Shown: piece after piece, positions 1 through 7,014 of the stretch
How positions within the stretch are numbered: position 1 is the stretch's first letter
How the letters are laid out: each line of letters starts with the position of its first letter
Virus record (IMG/VR): IMGVR_UViG_3300046820_001050
Coordinates: 34,650 to 98,649 of that record
Reading direction: 5' to 3' (one strand)
DNA: 64,000 nt
DNA from: a virus
The notes under the pieces: generated by a model
Databases searched by the model: none
Seen by the model: only the letters and a program-made list of their open reading frames with translations
Told to the model about the DNA's origin: nothing
Translations under genes and position numbers: made by a program

Positions 1-320
1 CCTGCTGCAGCATGAGAATAGTGATGACCAAAGTTTTTTCTTGGAAGATCATCTAATTCTGTACCTTCAAACCATGGAGTACCTCCACCAAAACCACCCC
101 TAGTCTTTACTCTAAGTTTTTTAAGCAAAGGCTTTTCATAGTATGCAATTTGGTCTGGATATCCGTACTGAAGAGCATCTTTAATAAGTTCTCTGTTTGT
201 AAACCAGTCATTTTTTTGCTTACTATATCTTTCTGCATGCCCTGCAAAAAGTATCTCACCATTTTTTATTAGGGATACTGAAGCATCATGGGTGGTTTCA
301 TTTATACCAAGAATTATCAT
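1..320 (-). CDS. Carbamoyltransferase (NodU/CmcH/TobZ family), N-terminal part; runs off the window edge
   Basis: Not in the ORF track. Manual translation from ATG at 320: MIILGINETTHDASVSLIKNGEILFAGHAERYSKQKND...IAYYEKP...HHYSHAAAG, with the family motifs HDAS, ER.S+.K and HH.SHAA. ATGA overlap with the upstream gene. Confidence 0.9.
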   Translation of the reverse strand, partial: MIILGINETTHDASVSLIKNGEILFAGHAERYSKQKNDWFTNRELIKDALQYGYPDQIAYYEKPLLKKLRVKTRGGFGGGTPWFEGTELDDLPRKNFGHHYSHAAA

Positions 321-988
321 TCTGCACCATACGACTCTCTTTTTTCATCAAATTTTATATTATGATACCAGTTTGGTAGAGCATATCTTGGTCCTTTTGT
401 AACTGGGTGAACCTCATGAACATATAGGAAGTTGGATGGAAAAAATAAAATGCTGCCAGCCTTTGGTTTTATCTTAATTCCAGAGTGCTTAAACTCTATC
501 TCTCCACCCTCATAGTCATCATTTAAATAAAGCAAAACGGAAAGCACACGACTGCTAACCCCTTGATCTTGATGTGCTGGCAGGTATCCACTTTCCTGAT
601 ACTTTAATATATGCATTTTTGATTCTCTAGATTTAATATTTTTTTCTGCAAATGGATATAGTTCAGTAGAATAGTGGCTAAGTGTTTTTTCTAGTGCTCC
701 AAAAAGTTGATCGGATATACTTTTTTGCTCTTCATAATAAGGATCTTTTAAGTCAATATTCTCAACTTGTGGTATAAACTTTTGCAAACAAAACATTAGT
801 TCATTTTTACCCTTGCCAAAAGTTCTAGGGATCCAAGGCTTAACACATGTATCTTTGTAATTTTCTGATACACACTTACTATCTAATTCTTCTATTTGCT
901 TAATTAAAAAATCTGGATTTTCTATTACATTTGTATAGTATACCAACCCTAGGTCAAGCACCTCACAGTTAAAATCTGGCATGTCCAT
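317..988 (-). CDS. 2OG-Fe(II) oxygenase, prolyl-4-hydroxylase-like
   Basis: HQD facial-triad motif, LYLNDDYEGGE, distal His (HEVHPV) and 2OG-binding Arg (GPRY). Confidence 0.9.
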   Translation of the reverse strand: MDMPDFNCEVLDLGLVYYTNVIENPDFLIKQIEELDSKCVSENYKDTCVKPWIPRTFGKGKNELMFCLQKFIPQVENIDLKDPYYEEQKSISDQLFGALEKTLSHYSTELYPFAEKNIKSRESKMHILKYQESGYLPAHQDQGVSSRVLSVLLYLNDDYEGGEIEFKHSGIKIKPKAGSILFFPSNFLYVHEVHPVTKGPRYALPNWYHNIKFDEKRESYGAE

Positions 989-1000
989 GTCCCTTCTTAA

Positions 1001-1087
1001 CTAGTAGATAAAGTTATTATCTCTAGGATTTTTTCTAATTTTTCTTTTAATAAAATAATATCTTATAGTTCTGATTATTTTTTTCAT
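1001..1087 (-). CDS. Small basic hypothetical protein, 28 aa (MKKIIRTIRYYFIKRKIRKNPRDNNFIY)
   Basis: Manual translation; GGGAG SD upstream; fills the gap between two oxygenase genes. Confidence 0.55.
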   Translation of the reverse strand: MKKIIRTIRYYFIKRKIRKNPRDNNFIY

Positions 1088-1099
1088 AATTTTCTCCCA

Positions 1100-1663
1100 C
1101 TAGTTTAAATCTGGATCTATTGTAACATAGCCCTTTGGATGCTCTGTTTGAGTTGTATGCATATAAAGCAGTGTTGATCTGTGTCCACTTTCTATTGGAG
1201 ATATTCCATGCCTCCACAATTCCCCATCACTTGGGAAAAATACTCCATCATATTTTTTTGGTTTATAAGTAAAATTAAGTGCTGGAAAATATAAATCTCC
1301 ACCAGTAAAATTGTCATCAAGATATATTACAGTGCTATACTCTATAAATTCCTCTGGCGGTTGATCATCAACGTGTGCATCTCCCTGCATTCCTGTTTGC
1401 CAGACCGAACCAAATGACTTGAATGTCTTTATTTTTTTTGTTTCTTCTGGATGCAGTCTATGGTGAACATCAATAGATAGTAAAGAATATTTTTTTTGAA
1501 TAGCAAGAACAGTCTTGTTGTATGGATAGGCAGTTCCTCCGTACCTAGTGCTGTAGTATTCTGGGTATGGATTTTTTTCTGAAGGGCTTTTTATTTCACT
1601 CAATAAAATATCAGCATCTGCAGGACTAATAAAATTCTCAATTATAACTGGCTGCTTTATCAT
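1100..1663 (-). CDS. 2OG-Fe(II) oxygenase, prolyl-4-hydroxylase-like
   Basis: HVD, YLDDNFTGGDL, HGISPI and distal Arg (GHRST). Confidence 0.88.
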   Translation of the reverse strand: MIKQPVIIENFISPADADILLSEIKSPSEKNPYPEYYSTRYGGTAYPYNKTVLAIQKKYSLLSIDVHHRLHPEETKKIKTFKSFGSVWQTGMQGDAHVDDQPPEEFIEYSTVIYLDDNFTGGDLYFPALNFTYKPKKYDGVFFPSDGELWRHGISPIESGHRSTLLYMHTTQTEHPKGYVTIDPDLN

Positions 1664-1696
1664 TTCTTTCTCCCTAAACTAATTATAGCACAGACA

Positions 1697-2530
1697 TCAA
1701 TAAATACTTTTTTGCACTTCATGAAATCTTCTTTCGGACATGCCGTCTAGATTTGTTAGTGGTACATACTCAACATCATCCATAGGGTATGGAAAATATG
1801 CCAACCTGCTGAAATCATAATCAATAATTTTCATAAGTTGATCAACCCCTAAAATATCAGAACTCTTATTTTTAAAAGAGTCTATGATTTTTGAATAGTT
1901 GTGTCGCAATGCAAATGGTACAAAATCTTTTTCCAGTATACTAGGTTCTTCATCATTGACTAAACTAGTCGCAACTGATAGGATTGGAATGCTTTCATGT
2001 GCAGCAAACATAGACAAACACTCCTCAACCCCATAGTACTTAAACATTGATATATCTGGCAACCTTTTAAATAATCCAAAAGGAATAAAGAAAAACTCTT
2101 TAACTAGCCAATTGGTTAGTGTTGCTGAGCCTGTCTCTATCTTTTTATATTCTGGATAAAACTTGTAATTGTTTTTATCAAATACAATATTATGATTGCC
2201 AGATATAATTATCTCTGCTTGATTACTGTTTAACAATAATTCAGAATCCCAATTTTTTTCAAACATTTTAGCGCCATCAATATACATAAAAAAATCAAAG
2301 CCTTTTCTTTTCTTTAAGTAATTTAAATGTATAAATCTAGATATTAAACTGTCCCAGTGTATATGGTTATATTCTATGTCTAAAAATTTATCTGGCCTTG
2401 ATACATTTGTCTGATCATATACGATGATATGAACAGAGTTTTCACCACTTTGATTTTTTATAAGTTGCTCTACTGCTTGTGGTAACAACTTACTTTTGTA
2501 GCCATAAAAATAAACCAGTATACTTTTCAT
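1697..2530 (-). CDS. Divergent GT-A glycosyltransferase-like protein (GT60/Gnt1-like)
   Basis: FFMYIDGAKMFEKNWDSELL resembles the GT60 motif YYLQIDSHMRF..WD; also YYGVEE.LS. Likely start is ATG 2530 (MKSILV), abutting the upstream stop. Confidence 0.5.
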   Translation of the reverse strand: MKSILVYFYGYKSKLLPQAVEQLIKNQSGENSVHIIVYDQTNVSRPDKFLDIEYNHIHWDSLISRFIHLNYLKKRKGFDFFMYIDGAKMFEKNWDSELLLNSNQAEIIISGNHNIVFDKNNYKFYPEYKKIETGSATLTNWLVKEFFFIPFGLFKRLPDISMFKYYGVEECLSMFAAHESIPILSVATSLVNDEEPSILEKDFVPFALRHNYSKIIDSFKNKSSDILGVDQLMKIIDYDFSRLAYFPYPMDDVEYVPLTNLDGMSERRFHEVQKSIY

Positions 2531-2531
2531 T

Positions 2532-3197
2532 TTACAACAATGGTATCCAGTGCTGCTCGATTGTTTGATCTCCACCTCTAAGTAAAGACTCTAAAGGCTG
2601 AATGTCATAGGCAACTGTAATTCTTGATCCAGACCAGTCCCAATCACCCTGTGCATGCGGATGACCCATTTCAGAAACAATCATCCTATTGTCAATATTA
2701 TGATTTGCAACTTCTTTGTTTGGATCCCCATAAAGTCTATAGTATGTTATTGATGGCTCAGCCTTTACACAATAATACCCATGAAAATTAGGAGCACCAG
2801 GTGCGCCGTGATCATGCCAGTTTAACTTTCCATTTCCTGCTTTATTTATATTGAACCAACCCTGAACGTAGTACTGTTGCTTTTCAAAATCTACACCATA
2901 ATATTCGCAGGCTTCCTTAACAGTTTTTGACAGTTCAGAATACAACTTGTATAAAGAAGGATGGTAAAGTTGAAATACATTATATTCTCTCCACTTTACA
3001 GTTGACAAACTTCCAGACTCTAGCCAGTACCCTGGATCATTTTCCATTGTTTCAACGCCACGAAGTTTTGCGTTTTCAATCAGTTTGTACTTTTCTTCTA
3101 AAAACCTAGCCAGTTCTTCTAGATCATTGTCTAGATATTTTTCAAAAAACTTATGTTCTTTGTTGTTTCTTAACATAGGCCCGTTTGAGTTTAGCAT
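2532..3197 (-). CDS. Putative 2OG-Fe(II) oxygenase (HxH type)
   Basis: WFNIN...WHDH...GYYCV...HPH...RITVAYDI double-stranded beta-helix pattern. Confidence 0.75.
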   Translation of the reverse strand: MLNSNGPMLRNNKEHKFFEKYLDNDLEELARFLEEKYKLIENAKLRGVETMENDPGYWLESGSLSTVKWREYNVFQLYHPSLYKLYSELSKTVKEACEYYGVDFEKQQYYVQGWFNINKAGNGKLNWHDHGAPGAPNFHGYYCVKAEPSITYYRLYGDPNKEVANHNIDNRMIVSEMGHPHAQGDWDWSGSRITVAYDIQPLESLLRGGDQTIEQHWIPLL

Positions 3198-3961
3198 TAC
3201 TTATCTCCTTTATTATTTACTTGCTCTTTATTGTATTTTGCATATTCTTTTTTTCTCCATGCAAATTTTCTGTAGTGTGCAGTTATATCAGACCTTCTGT
3301 TTTCTGATCTTAACTGATGCTTTTCTATAGAATCAGATGAGTCATCAACTACCAGATTCCAAGGCTCTCTTTTGATTGGAATCATTTGAAACACTGGTGT
3401 TCCCATAGGTATTACTCCTTCAAAATCTTTTTTTATAAAGAATGGTATAAATGCAGGCAGTCCCCAAATATCTGAGTCTACTAATCCAGAAGGAACCCAA
3501 AACGGTAGATCTGGTCTGTTTATTGGCATTGTTAGCAATATAGAATATCCTTCAGGTGTTTCATAAAACCAATTCATCTTTACACCAAAATGTATTGGAT
3601 GAACATCTTTTGGAATTGCCATATCAACATTTGGTCTTTTGTCCATCAACATAAAATCTTTTTTCCAAGACAGAGAAGGCTTTCCGTGTAAATCTAGTTT
3701 TACCTCTAGATCATCTTCTAGTACATACATATACCCAAGAGACATTGCATCCTGGAATGGTAAACAAAGTTTTGTAGAAACATTTGATCCATCCCCACCT
3801 CTATCATTTACTGGGTGCAAATCTTTTAAGTCATTGCTGTTAAAATGTTTTGCTAAATCTCTATACCACTGAGGTATTTTTTTATATGACGGCTCTGGAG
3901 ATATAAAATTGTCAATGTTCCCGCTTGGAATAAAGGTTAACTCTAAATCATTGTTTTCCAT
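3197..3961 (-). CDS. Conserved phage protein, possibly dUTPase-like beta fold; paralog of 60374..61087
   Basis: Shared motifs IP.WY+, K.C..F.DAMS.GY, T.EGYS.L...P, VD.D and GTP..Q..P.KRE.W. Confidence 0.6.
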   Translation of the reverse strand: MENNDLELTFIPSGNIDNFISPEPSYKKIPQWYRDLAKHFNSNDLKDLHPVNDRGGDGSNVSTKLCLPFQDAMSLGYMYVLEDDLEVKLDLHGKPSLSWKKDFMLMDKRPNVDMAIPKDVHPIHFGVKMNWFYETPEGYSILLTMPINRPDLPFWVPSGLVDSDIWGLPAFIPFFIKKDFEGVIPMGTPVFQMIPIKREPWNLVVDDSSDSIEKHQLRSENRRSDITAHYRKFAWRKKEYAKYNKEQVNNKGDK

Positions 3962-4607
3962 AATCTTCTTTTAACCTTTCTATCTCTTCATCACTTAAAA
4001 TAACAGACATGTCATACATTGGAGTATTCTTACTAATGATAGCATACTTTTCTTTTAGATGATATACACCAGTATTTTTAATTTTAAAATCAACAAATTC
4101 TGTATTTGCGTATGGGACATTGCTTTCGACTATTTTTCCCTTAAAAATTTTTTGAACTACATAAAAAGGAGTTTGCTCATCCATCACTGGATCAATAATA
4201 ATATTAGCATTCTTATTTATAAACCAGGGTACATAAAATTTATATGTTGGCTTAAAGCATTCATTACTTTCTAGATTATTTTCAGAAGGATAGAACTGTC
4301 TTTGATTGCATTTGTCTAAGGCGTATATGACATCTTTGTCTTTTTCCTCAACCCATATCTCTGCGTGAGTTCTTTGTCTAAAAGTAACCAAATTATTATC
4401 TATTTTTAATATTGTTGGCCTTGTGTATAAACTAAATGCATATCTGTTTATTGGGTGCAAAACACTTTTGATATTTTGCATGTATCCTGAGTCATACCTG
4501 GCCCAATGATCTGGCATTTTTGATTGACGGACTATTACTGAAAAAGGTAAGTTTTCAGAATTAAGCCACCATTCAGATCCTGAAATATAATTCTTGCTTT
4601 TTATCAT
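3948..4607 (-). CDS. Hypothetical protein
   Basis: 219-aa ORF with AAGGG SD, overlapping the next gene; TATAAT upstream. Confidence 0.7.
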   Translation of the reverse strand: MIKSKNYISGSEWWLNSENLPFSVIVRQSKMPDHWARYDSGYMQNIKSVLHPINRYAFSLYTRPTILKIDNNLVTFRQRTHAEIWVEEKDKDVIYALDKCNQRQFYPSENNLESNECFKPTYKFYVPWFINKNANIIIDPVMDEQTPFYVVQKIFKGKIVESNVPYANTEFVDFKIKNTGVYHLKEKYAIISKNTPMYDMSVILSDEEIERLKEDYGKQ

Positions 4608-4654
4608 TTTCCCTTATTCTAAAATATTAATACAATAATTATACACCACTCTTG

Positions 4655-4727
4655 CTGCCCCACCTGGCCTCGATCCAGGGACATCCGAATTAACAGTTCG
4701 GCACTCTACCAACTGAGTTATAGGGCA
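4655..4727 (-). tRNA. tRNA-Asn (GTT)
   Basis: Cloverleaf: acceptor TGCCCTA/TGGGGCA, D arm ACTC-AGTTGGTA-GAGT, anticodon arm CCGAA-CTGTTAA-TTCGG, T arm CCTGG-ATCGAGG-CCAGG, discriminator G. CCA is not encoded (CAA follows). Confidence 0.93.
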
Positions 4728-4762
4728 ATAGGGCAGTTTTAAGTCATGCCTAGGACTATTTT

Positions 4763-5662
4763 TTAATTACGAATATATGATGCAGAACCAATCAAAATCT
4801 TTGGCAGAGAAGTTAGATAATCTCCAAAAGTTTTGTCTGTATTTCTACTCACGTATGATGCTGCTGATACCACGGTTGCTACAGAACTTCCAGCAGTATC
4901 TGTTGTTGAGCCATTGTACTTGGTAATAGTTACCTTTCCAGGTGCAACCATATCAAGTCCAGGACCTGTATTTGTTGCTGTCTCTAGTTGCGTTGCAATA
5001 GAAAAAGGTCCTGAAACAGTATTAGCCAAAGCACCAACACCAATTACTCCCTCAATACATGCAGGAAATCCAACAATATCTCTTCGTCTGTCATTGCCTG
5101 TTGCAACAAATACTGGGATATTGCTCTTACCTAAAGATGCTACTGCATTAATAGCGACTGTGTTTGTTGAGCATAGTGCAAGGTTACCTGCACTGACTGA
5201 AGACTGACTAATCGATAGAGCATCAATGCTGTACTTTGCTGCGTTCTGTGATACCCAATTCATTGCTGAAACTAATGATGTTACCTGGCTAGAAAGCATA
5301 TTTTGATTTCCATTTTTGTCTGTATTTGAAATTCTTATGAATACAATTTTAATATTGGGGTTAGCAGTAAGGGCAGACTTAACCATCTGATCTCCATGAT
5401 AAATTCCATTATTAATAGATGTTGGCCATGCTACTGCTGCTGCACCTTTGCCTTCCATAAAAGTGTTGCCGTTGGGACATGCTACTGGATTTGCAATCAC
5501 ATTTTGTCCTGTAAAACAAACCTCATGAATAATTGATGGAAAGTTATTTGAGTTAATAGCAGAGTCAATGACTGCTAATACTCTTTCATCTTGTGCTTGC
5601 GCTGGCTGAATTGCTGTAAATGCAATTGTAATTGATAGTAGTGCTAGTAGTAACTTCTTCAT
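4763..5662 (-). CDS. Secreted subtilisin-like (S8) serine protease
   Basis: Signal peptide MKKLLLALLSITIAFTAIQPAQA after an AAGGAG SD (start 5662). Triad Asp (AVIDS), His (HGDQM), Ser (AGSSVA); oxyanion Asn (ATGND). Confidence 0.8.
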   Translation of the reverse strand: MKKLLLALLSITIAFTAIQPAQAQDERVLAVIDSAINSNNFPSIIHEVCFTGQNVIANPVACPNGNTFMEGKGAAAVAWPTSINNGIYHGDQMVKSALTANPNIKIVFIRISNTDKNGNQNMLSSQVTSLVSAMNWVSQNAAKYSIDALSISQSSVSAGNLALCSTNTVAINAVASLGKSNIPVFVATGNDRRRDIVGFPACIEGVIGVGALANTVSGPFSIATQLETATNTGPGLDMVAPGKVTITKYNGSTTDTAGSSVATVVSAASYVSRNTDKTFGDYLTSLPKILIGSASYIRN

Positions 5663-5682
5663 TATTTTCTCCTTGTTATTAT

Positions 5683-5901
5683 TTATTGTTTGATTTTTAA
5701 AACTAATTGGCATGGGTCTCCGCCTTCTTCCCACTCTTGCTGTTCTTCTTTAGTCATGTAAGGATCTCCTTCATGTGTATTGCAGAATGGCTCTGTTATC
5801 CATCCCCGCTCAATTCCATTTTCAAGCCAGATCTCAAACTCATCAAAGTCTGACTCCATATTCTGAATGTCCTTTAGGATCTCTTCAAATTCTTCGTTCA
5901 T
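5683..5901 (-). CDS. Small acidic hypothetical protein with C.TH...C motif
   Basis: 72-aa ORF; TATACT 6 nt upstream of the ATG (leaderless). Confidence 0.7.
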   Translation of the reverse strand: MNEEFEEILKDIQNMESDFDEFEIWLENGIERGWITEPFCNTHEGDPYMTKEEQQEWEEGGDPCQLVLKIKQ

Positions 5902-5916
5902 ATACTAAGTATACTC

Positions 5917-6441
5917 CTAAGCGCTTATGATGTCAACTGGGCCCATGCATGACGGGTTAAATTTGATTGCTGCAGAAACTGCTTGATTAACTCTGTTCCT
6001 TGCATTTTTTTGCTTATCTGTTGCATATAAAACCCCATATGCATACTCTGATCCAGAGCCAATAGAAACATATGGCAATGAGTATTTAGATAATGACATA
6101 TCTCCAGAACTGTGCTCATAGATTTCACCACGAATACCAATAATTAAACTAAGTTCGCCCTCTTTTGATGTGTCAATCCAGAACTCGTTGTAAAACTCAC
6201 GAAGTTCTTTGATAAACTTTGTATGCATAAATTTATCTGTATCTTTAATGTTGGGTGCTGATGGTCTAAAGTTGTGTCTAATTCTGTCGCCATCCATTGA
6301 TCCAGCATAACCAATTAGATATGGACCGACTCTCCAAACCTTTGGGGATTCAAGTGAAAGAATAACTCCATCATCTGATGCTCCACGATCTCCAGCCATA
6401 TAAATCTTATCTTCATGGCGCAAAGCAACAATACAGGTCAT
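5917..6441 (-). CDS. HslV/proteasome-beta-like Ntn protease
   Basis: N-terminal MTCIVA (Thr nucleophile), AGD, K, GYAGS and SIGSGSEYAYG motifs. Confidence 0.85.
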   Translation of the reverse strand: MTCIVALRHEDKIYMAGDRGASDDGVILSLESPKVWRVGPYLIGYAGSMDGDRIRHNFRPSAPNIKDTDKFMHTKFIKELREFYNEFWIDTSKEGELSLIIGIRGEIYEHSSGDMSLSKYSLPYVSIGSGSEYAYGVLYATDKQKNARNRVNQAVSAAIKFNPSCMGPVDIISA

Positions 6442-6472
6442 GACAAAGCCCTCTCCAGATAGGTGATACTTA

Positions 6473-6502
6473 AGTATACCATTGCCCAGAGAGGGCTGTC
6501 AA
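6473..6502 (-). promoter_or_regulatory. Sigma70/SigA-type promoter for the HslV-like gene
   Basis: TTGACA-18 nt-TATACT with extended TGn. Confidence 0.8.
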
Positions 6503-6518
6503 CTACCGTCAATAATGA

Positions 6519-6803
6519 CTAATTAGCCTTTTTGTCTACCGTCTTAAACGCATCATTGATCTCTGCCAATGTGAGTTTTCCATCGTCCAAAAAAGCCCTT
6601 GCAAGCCTTTCAATAACGGTGGCTACTCCTAATAGTCCTGCAAGCATTACTGCCTGAATTGTATCAATTCCAACTACTGCTCCAGCACCAAGTACTGATA
6701 GACCAGATGCTGCGAACACTGCTACAATTCTCATTAGTACATTTGTTAATGCCTTCTGTGGGTGCTCCTTCTTAGGAGGCTCTACTACCTTTTTAGTTGC
6801 CAT
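6519..6803 (-). CDS. Small membrane protein (2 TM, holin-like)
   Basis: Start MATKK at 6803 after GGAGG; two hydrophobic segments and a charged C-terminus. Confidence 0.65.
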   Translation of the reverse strand: MATKKVVEPPKKEHPQKALTNVLMRIVAVFAASGLSVLGAGAVVGIDTIQAVMLAGLLGVATVIERLARAFLDDGKLTLAEINDAFKTVDKKAN

Positions 6804-6805
6804 AT

Positions 6806-7012
6806 TTAGTCCTCCTTTCTTAGCGGGATTGTGATAAGCCAAATTACTGTGGTTGCAAGTACTGCAATACCAACAATGTCTCTTGCTGATCCCGTCAAAG
6901 TTAGCCATGCGATGAAGAAGCCAAGGAGAGTAAAGGCCTGTGCAATCACTTCCACCCCTGCATCTTTAAGCCATGTGAAGAATCCCTTCACAACCTTTTT
7001 GATTATTTTCAT
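6806..7012 (-). CDS. Small membrane protein (2 TM)
   Basis: 68 aa, two hydrophobic helices, GGAGG SD. Confidence 0.7.
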   Translation of the reverse strand: MKIIKKVVKGFFTWLKDAGVEVIAQAFTLLGFFIAWLTLTGSARDIVGIAVLATTVIWLITIPLRKED

Positions 7013-7014
7013 TT

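Noticed and set aside
4655-4727. tRNA as a prophage attachment site or host boundary
   Set aside because: Phage-like genes in the same orientation lie on both sides, and no integrase or att duplication was seen.
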